From an uncultured virus (IMG/VR IMGVR_UViG_3300035185_000031) (taxonomy: Duplodnaviria; Heunggongvirae; Uroviricota; Caudoviricetes), in the IMG/VR virus record IMGVR_UViG_3300035185_000031: a stretch of DNA of 62,987 nucleotides; one strand, 5' to 3'. Shown here piece by piece: positions 33,462-43,053 of the stretch. Both the position numbers and the translations under genes were made by a program. How positions within the stretch are numbered: the stretch's first letter is position 1; every line of letters begins with the position of its first letter. The notes under the pieces were generated by a model. That model was not told where the DNA came from. It did no database searches and worked only from the letters and a program-made list of their open reading frames with translations.

Positions 33462-34804
33462 AGGTCACCGTAGACAGGTACGCTTGGCTCCCGAAGGAGG
33501 AGCTGACGGTGGTACAGCTACGTGCCATCAAAGAGCAGTGCTTGGTGATTCCTCGTAAGATCGGAGATCACCCAGGAGACCCTCCTGCCCCTATCGAGCT
33601 GTGGCGAGAAACTGAGACGCACATCGGCGTTCCCAGAGGCTACTTCCTGCCGAGACGGAAGCCGTACCACGAGATCGAGTTGAGCTACTCGAAAGGATCC
33701 CCTTGGCCAGGAGACATCGAGTTCAAAGGCATCCTTCGTTCGGAGCAACAAAAGGGACTTGATCAGGTAACGACGATGCTGTCCGACCCATACAACACGG
33801 GAGGTATCGTTCGAGCCAAGCCCGGATGGGGCAAAACGGTCTTCAGTTGTGCCACGATCTCTCAGTTGAAGGTTCCTACCCTTGTACTCGTTCACAAGGA
33901 GTTTTTGATGAACCAGTGGCGAGAGCGCATAGAGCAATTCCTTCCGGATGCTAAGGTCGGCCTGGTTCAGAAAGATACGTGCGACTTCGAGGGTAAGCAC
34001 ATCGTCATGGCGATGGTGCACTCTCTGGCGCAGAAGACGTACCCGGACGCGCTATATCACTACTTCGGTCTACTCCTCACGGACGAGTGCCATCGAATAG
34101 GAGCTGAAACCTGGTCTGCGGTCCCTCCTCAATTCTGGGCGAGGTGGCGTTTGGGTGTCAGCGCTACTCCAAGGAGGAAAGACGGGGCGGACAACGTTTT
34201 CCTGCAACACATCGGGCCCGTCATCTTCACGAGCGAAGAGCAACGACTCAAGGTGAAGGTCAAGCGGGTGTGGTCGACCTTCCGTCTGGTGAAGACCCCG
34301 AGATTCAATCCCAAGCTGGCTCCTCGCTCCCTCATCCTCAAGTTCCTCGTAGCTTCTCAGCAACGGAACAGCGTGATCGCAAACCAGATAGTTCGTGCTG
34401 TGGCTGCGGGGCGTAAAGTTCTGGTCCTGAGCGAGCGCCTACAGCACCTGGACGAGATCGACAAACACTATAGAGCCCTGTGGCTCCAAGAGTACCCGGA
34501 CACCCCCACGCCGTCCTCAGGCTACTATGTGGGAGGGCGATCCAAGGAGGAGTTGGCAGAAGACGCCAAAGCCACCGTGATTTTCGCCACCAGCCAGTAC
34601 GCAGCCGAGGGACTCGACATACCGGCTTTGGACACCCTCGTTTTGGCTACCCCCATGAGCGACGTGGAACAGGCTGTAGGTCGCATCCAGAGGCCCTATG
34701 AGGGCAAAAAGGACCCCATCATCGTCGATATACGAGATGACAACGTCAGGCCCTTCCAAGCGGCGGCCCGGTCCCGGGACCGGCTCTACGCTAAGGTAAC
34801 TTGA
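33458..34804 (+). CDS. SF2 DExH helicase (UvsW/XPB/A18-like)
   Basis: PGWGKT, DECH, SATPRRKDG, EGLDIP.LD, QAVGRI.R. Confidence 0.92.
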   Translation: MKVTVDRYAWLPKEELTVVQLRAIKEQCLVIPRKIGDHPGDPPAPIELWRETETHIGVPRGYFLPRRKPYHEIELSYSKGSPWPGDIEFKGILRSEQQKGLDQVTTMLSDPYNTGGIVRAKPGWGKTVFSCATISQLKVPTLVLVHKEFLMNQWRERIEQFLPDAKVGLVQKDTCDFEGKHIVMAMVHSLAQKTYPDALYHYFGLLLTDECHRIGAETWSAVPPQFWARWRLGVSATPRRKDGADNVFLQHIGPVIFTSEEQRLKVKVKRVWSTFRLVKTPRFNPKLAPRSLILKFLVASQQRNSVIANQIVRAVAAGRKVLVLSERLQHLDEIDKHYRALWLQEYPDTPTPSSGYYVGGRSKEELAEDAKATVIFATSQYAAEGLDIPALDTLVLATPMSDVEQAVGRIQRPYEGKKDPIIVDIRDDNVRPFQAAARSRDRLYAKVT

Positions 34805-34829
34805 CAATTCTATAACCTATTTGTATTGC
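34801..34829 (+). promoter_or_regulatory. sigma70-like promoter, probably leaderless
   Basis: TTGACA-17bp-TATTGC-6bp-ATG. Confidence 0.6.
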
Positions 34830-34835
34830 TCAAGT

Positions 34836-35663
34836 ATGGCTACTCCCAGCTCCCGCTCCTCCCAAGACAGTCAGGAGGGATTTGACTTCAAGGAGTGGTA
34901 CGAAGAAAACGGTGAGGCTCTGAACAAGAGCCGGCGTAACCGCTACCAGACCGATCCCGAGTACCGACAGAGGGTCCTCGACGCCAACCGAGAGAGTCGC
35001 GAGAAGCGTCGTAAGAAGGAACGCGAGGAGAAGTTCAAGGAGCGGCAGGCGCAGAAGCTGCGGGATACAGACAAGCAATCCTACAAGGTGGTCACAGCCG
35101 GAGTGGGCGAGGCCACGTCACGCCTGTTCTCCATCGGTGCGGTAGCCAAGACCCTCGGATGTTCCGTACAGGCTGTCCGAATCTGGGAGAAGCGGGGCCT
35201 ACTGCCGGAAACCCCGCTCAAGAACACAAAGGGCGATCGTCTATACACCGAGGAGCAGGTCACGTTCATCCACGATCTCTTCGTGGCTAAGGGAAAAGTA
35301 GATCCCAATAGAACCCTGGAAACCCCAGAGATTCGATCTTTCCCTCGCAGCGTGCTGTTCAAAGGAAAGAAGAACCCCCAGACTGTTGACCTCTTTCGTG
35401 TAGGAGAGCTAGCCCGCGCCATCAGCCGCACCGTTGTTACGGTCGACCAGATGGAAGAGCTGGGCCGGTTGCCGAAAACTCCCTTTCGCGCATCGAAGAC
35501 CAAGTACCGCCTCTACACAGTAGAGATGATCAACGTCGTGAAAGCTGCCATGGACAAGCGCCTCGGGCACATTCGGGGGAAGGCTGCGTGGAAGTCCTTC
35601 CACGACGAAGTACTGGACGGTTGGAAGAAGCTCGGCGTGATGGGCGCGAAGCTCGTCCGCTGA
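34836..35663 (+). CDS. Tandem MerR-like HTH DNA-binding protein
   Basis: FSIGAVAK.LG.S...VR.WE..GLLP....R.Y and F.VGELA..I.R...TV..ME..G.LP.....RLY. Confidence 0.82.
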   Translation: MATPSSRSSQDSQEGFDFKEWYEENGEALNKSRRNRYQTDPEYRQRVLDANRESREKRRKKEREEKFKERQAQKLRDTDKQSYKVVTAGVGEATSRLFSIGAVAKTLGCSVQAVRIWEKRGLLPETPLKNTKGDRLYTEEQVTFIHDLFVAKGKVDPNRTLETPEIRSFPRSVLFKGKKNPQTVDLFRVGELARAISRTVVTVDQMEELGRLPKTPFRASKTKYRLYTVEMINVVKAAMDKRLGHIRGKAAWKSFHDEVLDGWKKLGVMGAKLVR

Positions 35664-35681
35664 ACACGGACGGAGAAAGAC

Positions 35682-36068
35682 ATGGGCGACGAAGAGAATG
35701 GCTCCCTCGACGAGGGATCCACGGTAGTGGAATCGTTGGTTCTCGTTCACCGTCAATTCGTAGACAAGGACGGTGAGGGGGACATCGAGGAGGAAGAAAA
35801 ACCTCTAGCGGTCCACAAGTTCGTGACCGAACCGGCGCTGGTGCGCTTCGAGGTAGGAGTCACGAAGAACATGGGCAACTACGAGTCTGCTCGTGTGACG
35901 GTAGGAGTCACGGTTCCGTGCTACCGAGAAGAGATCAGCGAGGCGTACGCTTACGCGCGCTCGTGGGCCGGCAAGATCATATCGAAAGAACAAGAAGCTC
36001 TTGAAACAAAGGGCGGGGCGCCTTCGAAGAAGGAAAGCATCTTCGGAAGCGACGATGATCCGTTCTGA
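35682..36068 (+). CDS. Phage recombination-module hypothetical protein
   Basis: V....G.T.NMGNYESARV.VG...PC; acidic DDDPF tail. Confidence 0.75.
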   Translation: MGDEENGSLDEGSTVVESLVLVHRQFVDKDGEGDIEEEEKPLAVHKFVTEPALVRFEVGVTKNMGNYESARVTVGVTVPCYREEISEAYAYARSWAGKIISKEQEALETKGGAPSKKESIFGSDDDPF

Positions 36069-36130
36069 GAGCTAGTGCGGGAATGATCGACTCATCGAGT
36101 CTAACGGAAACTCCAAGAAGGAAGGGCCCT

Positions 36131-37213
36131 ATGGCTGACGACCTCGACAAGCTGCTGGCATCCAAAGCTGTTGCCAAGATGAAGAAGAACTGGGGTGATG
36201 CGATCTTCACTCGTGCCTCAGACTTCGGTGCGGTGCAGGTCCCGAGGATCCCCACCGGTATCATGATGCTGGACTACGCGCTCGGTGGGGGGTTTCCCGC
36301 TGGCCGCATGAACGTTCTCTGGGGAAACAAGTCCGCCGGAAAGACCACCACCTTCCTCAAGGCCATCGGACAAGCACAACGACGCTGTGCTAGCTGTTGG
36401 AGTCTCCTGGAGGAGTGCACCTGTGGGTCCAAACGAGAGCCTGTCGTGGCTTTCCTGGACGTAGAGGGCACGCTCGACTTGCCCTGGGCAGCCAAGATGG
36501 GCGTGAACCTCGATCGGTTGCTCTTGTCCATTCCCGAATACGCAGAGCAAACTCTCGACATTGCCGAAGCGGTCGTTCGAGATAGTTGCGACGTGTTGTG
36601 TATCGACTCGCTCGCATTCATGACGCCTGCCAAGGAGATCGAGGAGAGCGTTTCCAAGGAGACGGTTGGTCTGCAAGCACGCATCTTGGGCAAGGGTATT
36701 CGAAAGTTCGTATCGGCAGTCAATGCACGACGGAACGAAACGGGTAGGGGCCCCACCCTGTTCTTCACGAACCAGATCCGCATGAAGGTCGGTGTCATGT
36801 TCGGCTCTCCCGAGACTCAACCAGGAGGAATGGCTCCGGGATTCGCTGCCACGACAGAGACCAAGCTCGGTTCGGGCAAGTACGAGATGGACGACCTGAC
36901 AGGGATGCCTCTCACTGCGGAATTCAAGTACCGTGTCGAGAAGAACAAGAGCGCCCCCGCCAAGATGGAGGGCGAGTACAAGATGTGCCTCATGGATACG
37001 GAGAACCGTAAGGTGGGAGACATCTTCAACGAGGGCCCTCTCGTCAAGCTCGCAGAGAAGGTCGGCCTGGTTTCCGGAGGCGGCTCGAAGTGGACGGCTC
37101 TGGACGAAACGTTCAAGGCAAAGTCACTCGTGGAGATGCGCCTGATCGAAGACAAAGCGTTCTACACGAAGATGCACAAGGCTGTCATGGCAACGCTCTC
37201 CTCTCAGGGTTGA
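36131..37213 (+). CDS. recA: RecA-like recombinase with Cys4 insertion
   Basis: IPTG...LD.ALGGG.P.GR, G..SAGKTT, D.E, IDSLA, NQIRMKVGVMFGSPETQPGG, VEKNK. Confidence 0.93.
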   Translation: MADDLDKLLASKAVAKMKKNWGDAIFTRASDFGAVQVPRIPTGIMMLDYALGGGFPAGRMNVLWGNKSAGKTTTFLKAIGQAQRRCASCWSLLEECTCGSKREPVVAFLDVEGTLDLPWAAKMGVNLDRLLLSIPEYAEQTLDIAEAVVRDSCDVLCIDSLAFMTPAKEIEESVSKETVGLQARILGKGIRKFVSAVNARRNETGRGPTLFFTNQIRMKVGVMFGSPETQPGGMAPGFAATTETKLGSGKYEMDDLTGMPLTAEFKYRVEKNKSAPAKMEGEYKMCLMDTENRKVGDIFNEGPLVKLAEKVGLVSGGGSKWTALDETFKAKSLVEMRLIEDKAFYTKMHKAVMATLSSQG

Positions 37214-37216
37214 ACA

Positions 37217-37639
37217 GTGTCGGACTCGAAGCCTCCGCGTAAACCGTCTCCTCGTTGGTTCGAGGATGATGGGGAGGCTCGCGACAAGGTGCGCCGCTCA
37301 AGAAAGAACGAGAAACGAGTCGCTACGGCTATGCACGGACGCACCTACTCGGGTTCGGGGAACCGGAGGCACTCGGCATACGACAAGAACACAAAGAGAG
37401 GCGACATCGGCTCCATGGACTTCCATGTCGAGCACAAGGGGACCACGAACAAGAAGTCGATCTCTATCAAGAAGGAGTGGTTACGTAAGGTAGAGGACGG
37501 TGCCAAGGTTCAGGTGAAGGATCCAGCGTTGGCATTCACCTTCGAATCTGAGGACGGTAGAGAACACAACGACTACATGATCCTCCCCCTGGAGGTTTTT
37601 CAGCGGCTATGCCGTAGCGCAGGAGTCGATGGCGGATGA
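37217..37639 (+). CDS. PD-(D/E)xK Holliday-junction resolvase-like nuclease
   Basis: EKRVA...G....GSG...GDI....VEHK.T..KSISIK. Confidence 0.7.
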   Translation: MSDSKPPRKPSPRWFEDDGEARDKVRRSRKNEKRVATAMHGRTYSGSGNRRHSAYDKNTKRGDIGSMDFHVEHKGTTNKKSISIKKEWLRKVEDGAKVQVKDPALAFTFESEDGREHNDYMILPLEVFQRLCRSAGVDGG

Positions 37640-37926
37640 TCGACAAGAAGGAGTTGAGCAGCGAGGTGCTGAGCACCCTGGTGCAAGCCACGAAGAAGAT
37701 CGTGGCGAAGATGGACGAGCGCCCGGAGGACTCCGAGGAGATCCTCCTCGTCCTGATGGAGTGCCTAAGCACCCAACTCGGCTACGTCGAAAGCGTAGCG
37801 ATCATCCTAGGAATGAGTCACGAAGACGTAGCGGAGCTAAGGGAACGCTGTCTGCGCATAGGGATGAAGGAAGCGGATCGGGAGCACTCCGCGCAGCTCG
37901 CCTCCGAACAGGAGGAAATCTCGTGA
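37636..37926 (+). CDS. Hypothetical protein
   Basis: ATGA coupling. Confidence 0.6.
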   Translation: MIDKKELSSEVLSTLVQATKKIVAKMDERPEDSEEILLVLMECLSTQLGYVESVAIILGMSHEDVAELRERCLRIGMKEADREHSAQLASEQEEIS

Positions 37927-38327
37927 AAGATCCAGAGGATCTCAGGGTACCTGCAATCCAGGACCCGAAGGTACGTGCATCTATCGTAATACATCCAGAT
38001 GCTCAAGTACGCATCGTCTTCGAGGGACAGGACCGCATCCCTGTCTTCGAATGCGAGCCCTGCGAAGAGTTGCTCCTGTGGGCACCAGAGAAATCGTGGT
38101 GGGAGTGTCCCAGTTGCGGTTACGAGATGACTCCGCTAGAGGCAGAGGAGCTGTTAGAGTTGGCAAGACGGCGTCTTGACGTCGTTCTCACGGACGTAAG
38201 AAGAAAGCAGGGAATCGGACGATGGCGAAGAGTATTGCGCGTGCTGGTCCATCGCTTCTTCGGGTGGTCAAGGACGAGTTCAAGGAAGAGCGACGGGTCA
38301 AACCGCTTACTTCCCAAGGGTGGCTGA
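37923..38327 (+). CDS. Zn-ribbon hypothetical protein
   Basis: CEPC...WECPSCG. Confidence 0.6.
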   Translation: MKDPEDLRVPAIQDPKVRASIVIHPDAQVRIVFEGQDRIPVFECEPCEELLLWAPEKSWWECPSCGYEMTPLEAEELLELARRRLDVVLTDVRRKQGIGRWRRVLRVLVHRFFGWSRTSSRKSDGSNRLLPKGG

Positions 38328-39073
38328 GGGTCTCTGCACTATCGTCGCTCTGCGCTCGCGAAGAAGTCCTTGCGGCGATCTTGGATATCGAGCGGCATGA
38401 CTTCATCGACACCGATCTGCTGCTCACGTTCAACCACGGACACGGGTTGCACTGGGCGCTACAGAACCGAGTGCTTTCCCGCATCGAAGTCTTGTTCGGC
38501 AGGTGGCGATGTAAGATCTGCGGAGCCTGTTACGGCGGGGTAGACACTGACGTAGGGAACATCGCTCGACCGAAGACGTGCACCAGCAACATCTGCAAGG
38601 ATCGAAAAGAGCCTCGGGACGGGGACGACAACGACTTCGAGTACCAGGAGCAGTTCTTCAAGAGCAACGAGTACCGCATCGGAGGGCACCCTGATGGCTT
38701 CCTTCGTCTACCCGATGCTGACGAAGAAGGAGTCCTCGAAGGAAAGAGCGTTAGCGAGAGACGATCCAAGGAGATACGGGACGTCCCCGACTTCGGACAC
38801 GTGGTTCAGCTTCAAACGTACATGTGGCTTACCGGACGCAAGTGGGGTGTGATCCTGTACTGGGTGAAGGGACTCTACAGGTCGCCGTTCATCGAGCACT
38901 ACGTCGAACGAGACGACGAGACCATCGAGAAGATCAAGGAGATGATCTCTGGGATCTGGTACGGCATCAAAAAGGGAGTACTACCCGATCGTATATGCTC
39001 GTCTCCAGACTGCAATCGGGCGGAGGAGTGCTCGCTGGCAGAACCGTGCTTCAAAACGACGGAGGAACTCTAG
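38222..39073 (+). CDS. Cas4-like/RecB-family exonuclease with Zn-finger insertion
   Basis: S.L..LC.RE, G..LH, GHPDG, LEGKS, H..QLQ.YM, C-terminal C....C.....C.....C. Confidence 0.82.
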   Translation: MAKSIARAGPSLLRVVKDEFKEERRVKPLTSQGWLRVSALSSLCAREEVLAAILDIERHDFIDTDLLLTFNHGHGLHWALQNRVLSRIEVLFGRWRCKICGACYGGVDTDVGNIARPKTCTSNICKDRKEPRDGDDNDFEYQEQFFKSNEYRIGGHPDGFLRLPDADEEGVLEGKSVSERRSKEIRDVPDFGHVVQLQTYMWLTGRKWGVILYWVKGLYRSPFIEHYVERDDETIEKIKEMISGIWYGIKKGVLPDRICSSPDCNRAEECSLAEPCFKTTEEL

Positions 39074-39477
39074 TGACCCTGAAACCCGTGATCATCGACA
39101 CGCGCTACCTACGCCCTCTTCCTAAGGCGTTGTTCAAGTCCGCGTGCTCTAGATGCGACAAGAGGCAAGCCATGTGGGAGATGGGACCGCCCAGCGGAGA
39201 CGAGCAACACGTCGTATGCTCTCTTTGCTTCCTCTACGAATCCAATTGGGGGAAGAAGCGTTTGGACGACATCCACGAGTTGGTTCGAGCCGTCGAAACA
39301 GAGACCGGCGAGTCCTTCTTGCGTACTGCGGATGGACAGACGTTGGCTTCGTGTAGCGACGCCGACCGTATCTTGGGTTCCATTGCCCTCACGTCACGCG
39401 CCTTTCAGATGCACGATGAAGCAACGCGAGCAGCAGAAGCAGGACAACCGACACAGGAATCTCCGGAGAAGAACTAG
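39073..39477 (+). CDS. Zn-binding hypothetical protein
   Basis: CSRC...CSLC. Confidence 0.65.
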   Translation: MTLKPVIIDTRYLRPLPKALFKSACSRCDKRQAMWEMGPPSGDEQHVVCSLCFLYESNWGKKRLDDIHELVRAVETETGESFLRTADGQTLASCSDADRILGSIALTSRAFQMHDEATRAAEAGQPTQESPEKN

Positions 39478-40023
39478 GTGCGTGTCCTAGGTACAGATCC
39501 TGGGTTCTCCTCTTTGGGCTACGCGCTGGCGGAAATCCGCGCGGACACCATAGAGGTACTAACCTTGGGATGTATCCGTACCGCAGCCAGTAGCAAGAAA
39601 AGGAAAGTACGCGCCTCGGACGACAACGTGAGAAGAGGGCGCGAGCTTTTTCGATCCCTATACCCCCTTACGGAAGGAGTCGTAGCGATCTGTAGCGAAT
39701 CCCAGTCCTGGCCCAGGAACGCAGGGAGCAGCGCCAAAGTCGGTATGGGCTGGGGAGTGATCTGCTCTATATCAGAACTGACAGATGTGCCGATCCTTCA
39801 GGTCTCCCCCATGGCCCTCAAAAGGGAGATCTGCGGAAAGAAGACCGCAACCAAGGAAGAAGTGGCTGAAGCGCTCAACGAGAGGTTCGGACGAGACTTT
39901 GGGGCCGAGCTGTTAGACAATGGGTTCCCCGCGTCCGTTCACGAGCACCCGTATGATGCCCTAGGGGCTATAGTCGCGTGCCTGGACGACGAGGTTCTCA
40001 GAATCGCTCGGAGGCTCCAGTGA
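39478..40023 (+). CDS. ruvC: RuvC Holliday-junction resolvase
   Basis: VLGTDPG...LGYA, E, P..LK..I.G...ATKEEV, H..DAL. Confidence 0.88.
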   Translation: MRVLGTDPGFSSLGYALAEIRADTIEVLTLGCIRTAASSKKRKVRASDDNVRRGRELFRSLYPLTEGVVAICSESQSWPRNAGSSAKVGMGWGVICSISELTDVPILQVSPMALKREICGKKTATKEEVAEALNERFGRDFGAELLDNGFPASVHEHPYDALGAIVACLDDEVLRIARRLQ

Positions 40024-40337
40024 CCGACCACATCAACCACGTTTCGATTTCCGGCAACGTCGGTCGGGTTACGTTCTCGACAACAGGCTCCGGAGATCCT
40101 GTGTGTACGTTTATGCTGGCGTCCGATAGGCGTGCCCGAGACAAGACCATCACGGCATGGGTAAAGGTCAACGTCTACAACAAGGCACTCGTAGCCATCT
40201 GCGAGGAGCGTGTGAAGAAGGGCATAGAGATCGTCGTATCGGGGGAACTGATGAACCGAAGCGGACAGATGGGCGAGTTAACCGAAGTGCGTGCCAAGCA
40301 CGTGATCTTTGGAGCAGGAGAAGAACATGGGAGCTAG
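40020..40337 (+). CDS. ssb: Bacterial-type SSB (OB fold, no acidic tail)
   Basis: INHV.I.GNVG, F.LA, T.W..V, KG....V.G.L. Confidence 0.8.
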   Translation: MTDHINHVSISGNVGRVTFSTTGSGDPVCTFMLASDRRARDKTITAWVKVNVYNKALVAICEERVKKGIEIVVSGELMNRSGQMGELTEVRAKHVIFGAGEEHGS

Positions 40338-41241
40338 CGCGAAGGTAACGAAGATCGGTCCAGGTTCAAAGTCGTGGAGAGACAGCATCCGGAAGAAAGC
40401 TAAGGATCTGGCAAACGGTGTGGACAACGGGTATCTACAACTCAGCAAGCTGCTCTGGGAAATCCACAAGATCCCCATCGACAACGATCCCGACAAGCCT
40501 TCGACCTACACCGCGTGGGGGTTCAAAACTTTCGGAGAGTACGTAGAGGTCGAGCTGGGCATTCAACGGCGGAAGGCTGAACGACTTCGAAACATCGGTG
40601 AGATGTTCGACGTTCTGCTCGTCGACACCGACCCGAGTCTGCGGAAGCGCTTGAAGAAGGTCGGTTGGTCGAAGCTGAGAGAGCTACGTCGAGTCTTCGC
40701 GGTCAAGAGTGATCCGAAGTTCGTGCTCAAGTGGACAGAGCGTGCCGAACAGCTCAACTACCCGCAGTTCCTTCACGCTGTGGGGAAGTACCTCGACTCT
40801 GTCGACAATCTATCCGATGGTTCCCACAAGGAAGCGAAGACGAAGACAGAGAAGGCTTCGTACGGTGGAAAGAAGGCGAACGTGCCCGACGACGAGGACC
40901 TTCCGGATTTGGAACGCACGCACACGTTTCACTTCTTGTGCTTCAACGAGCAGATCGACAACGTGCGAGAAGCTATGGAACGCGCCGCAGAGCTGATCAC
41001 AGCCAAGGGGGGCGAGGGAGAGGCAGCCAAGAAGAGTCAGCTCCTCTCGCTCATCTGCATGGACTTCTTGGCAACGAACGACTTCGGCAAGCCCATGGAC
41101 CCGAAGACGCGCGTGAAGTTCCTCTCCAAGCTCGAATCGCACCTAGGTGTGAAGCTCGTCGCGATCGATACCAAGAGCAAGGACATCGTGCACGGCAAGA
41201 GCGCGTTCGCGAAGGCCGTGAAGGCGATGGCAGACTCATGA
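40327..41241 (+). CDS. Putative DNA-binding protein (HTH-like)
   Basis: Y..WGF.TF.EYV..ELG..RRKA..L..I; VGWSKL.EL. Confidence 0.65.
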   Translation: MGASAKVTKIGPGSKSWRDSIRKKAKDLANGVDNGYLQLSKLLWEIHKIPIDNDPDKPSTYTAWGFKTFGEYVEVELGIQRRKAERLRNIGEMFDVLLVDTDPSLRKRLKKVGWSKLRELRRVFAVKSDPKFVLKWTERAEQLNYPQFLHAVGKYLDSVDNLSDGSHKEAKTKTEKASYGGKKANVPDDEDLPDLERTHTFHFLCFNEQIDNVREAMERAAELITAKGGEGEAAKKSQLLSLICMDFLATNDFGKPMDPKTRVKFLSKLESHLGVKLVAIDTKSKDIVHGKSAFAKAVKAMADS

Positions 41242-41480
41242 ACCAGGCAGGTCTCCCCGTAAGCCCGAACGTTCTCTACAACGAACTGGAGACCGCTCGG
41301 AGCATCTTGGAGAAGTGGACCAAGGCCGTTGGGGAGGGAATCCCCATGGTCGACCAACCAGGCTCTCCGGATGCTTTGGAGAGCTTCCTCCGTACGCTAG
41401 TCGGAGAGCTACAAGTCGTCTCTGGAAAGTGCGACACGTTGGCAGAGATCCTTGGTGCTGCTATCGTCAACGATCTATGA
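41238..41480 (+). CDS. Hypothetical protein
   Basis: ATGA coupling on both sides. Confidence 0.6.
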   Translation: MNQAGLPVSPNVLYNELETARSILEKWTKAVGEGIPMVDQPGSPDALESFLRTLVGELQVVSGKCDTLAEILGAAIVNDL

Positions 41481-42271
41481 ACGAGATCGACATACCAGAG
41501 ACTCGCCTCCTTCCTGTTGAGGAGATCGAGCCGAACGCCTGGAACCCGAACGAGATGAACGCCGAGGAGTTCGACCTTCTCGTGCAAGAGATCCGTGAGG
41601 TAGGATTCATTGATCCAGTGCAAGTAGTTCCGATGATGGATGGGGGCTTCAGGTTACTCGGTGGAGAGCACCGATGGCGTGCAGCCCGGGTTCTGGAGAT
41701 GGAGGAGATCCCGGCCACCCTGCTGTCGGACGAGAAGTGGCAGGAGGAGGATCTTCAGAAGTTCGTCACGGTCCGTCTGAACCAACTCCACGGCAAAGCG
41801 AACACGCAGAAGATGATCTCCCTCTACAAGGAGATGGAGGAGAAGTACGGCGAGAAGTCCTTGCAGCGCATGTTCGCGTACACCGACTCGGATGCCTGGA
41901 AGAAGCTCGTCAAGACGATGAAGAAAGCGGTCCAGTCCTCCGGACTACCGAAGACGGCTCAGGATCAGTTCAACAGTGCTGCGGATAACGCAAACAGCGT
42001 ATCCGATCTATCCTCGATTCTGAACACGATCTTCAACCAGCACGGGGATACGCTGGAGTACAGCTTCATGGTGTTTTCCTTCGGGGGGAAGGAACATCTC
42101 TACATCGCCATGAGCAAGAAAACGAAGACCCAGATGGACAAGTTGATCCAGCACTGCAAGGAGTGGGGCCGGGATATCAACGAGATCATTCCGGAAGTGA
42201 CGAAGAAATGGCTCAAAGCGGCAGAAGAGAAGGAAGAAGAGGAGCTGTCAGCTTCGACGCAGGCTAGCTGA
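41477..42271 (+). CDS. ParB/Srx N-terminal domain protein
   Basis: PN.WNPN.M, L...I...GF..P..V, GGEHRWRAA. Confidence 0.85.
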   Translation: MNEIDIPETRLLPVEEIEPNAWNPNEMNAEEFDLLVQEIREVGFIDPVQVVPMMDGGFRLLGGEHRWRAARVLEMEEIPATLLSDEKWQEEDLQKFVTVRLNQLHGKANTQKMISLYKEMEEKYGEKSLQRMFAYTDSDAWKKLVKTMKKAVQSSGLPKTAQDQFNSAADNANSVSDLSSILNTIFNQHGDTLEYSFMVFSFGGKEHLYIAMSKKTKTQMDKLIQHCKEWGRDINEIIPEVTKKWLKAAEEKEEEELSASTQAS

Positions 42272-42329
42272 GCCCAGAATCCGTGTGGTAGAACAGGGGG
42301 TATCCACCGGAGATCCTGGGAGAAAGTCA

Positions 42330-43040
42330 ATGCTGCGTACCCAAATCGAGGAAGCCCGTCACCTCCTGGAAGCCAACAACGCTCGGAAGCCTCTCTTGGA
42401 TGCTGCCAACGAGTGGAGAGCCTTCATCCGCCTGGGGGATCTCTACCTGGAGAGCATCCACAAAGTGGTCGACGCGGCGAACCGTGCTTCTGAGGCCGAA
42501 GACGAGCTGACCGCCCGTAGGGCTGTCTCTGATGTCAGCTCCTCGCTGAGAAGCGTTGTAGGCGTCACGGGCAAAGCATACGGACACTTCAAGACGGGAC
42601 GCGAGGCCCTCTACGAGCTGGCCAAGCTCTACGAGATCTCCACGAAGACGGGAGGTACGAGCTACGGGAAGAAGCCGACTCCCCTCGAAATGCTCGACGA
42701 CAAGAAACTTCGAGATGATCTCAAGAAGAGCGCCACCGGAATGGACAAGGGCATCCAGTACATGCTCAACAAGGGCGCGGGCTTGTCCCGATCTCTTCGT
42801 ATGGCCGCAAAGCAAAACGAAGACGTACCCGCGGAGTTTGCGGAGGCCCTCGTGAAGGACGGACTCGACTTCAGAGACGAGGTAAGCATCAACGTCTTCG
42901 CTAGAACCAACGGGATCATGCGACGTGCCGCAGAGCTGTCCAAGCGCTCGTGGGAACTGATGATGATGGAGGACAGCAAGCTGGGATGGAAGCCGCCGTG
43001 GGTCTCCGATCCCGAGCTAGGCAACGTCGAGATCGTTTGA
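42330..43040 (+). CDS. Helical hypothetical protein, possibly virion-internal
   Basis: N terminus IEEA..LLEA; directly precedes the 1326-aa effector. Confidence 0.7.
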   Translation: MLRTQIEEARHLLEANNARKPLLDAANEWRAFIRLGDLYLESIHKVVDAANRASEAEDELTARRAVSDVSSSLRSVVGVTGKAYGHFKTGREALYELAKLYEISTKTGGTSYGKKPTPLEMLDDKKLRDDLKKSATGMDKGIQYMLNKGAGLSRSLRMAAKQNEDVPAEFAEALVKDGLDFRDEVSINVFARTNGIMRRAAELSKRSWELMMMEDSKLGWKPPWVSDPELGNVEIV

Positions 43041-43053
43041 GGAGAGAAATCTG

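Noticed and set aside
38222..39073. CRISPR-Cas system
   Set aside because: Cas4-like gene is solo; no repeat-spacer array or other cas genes seen
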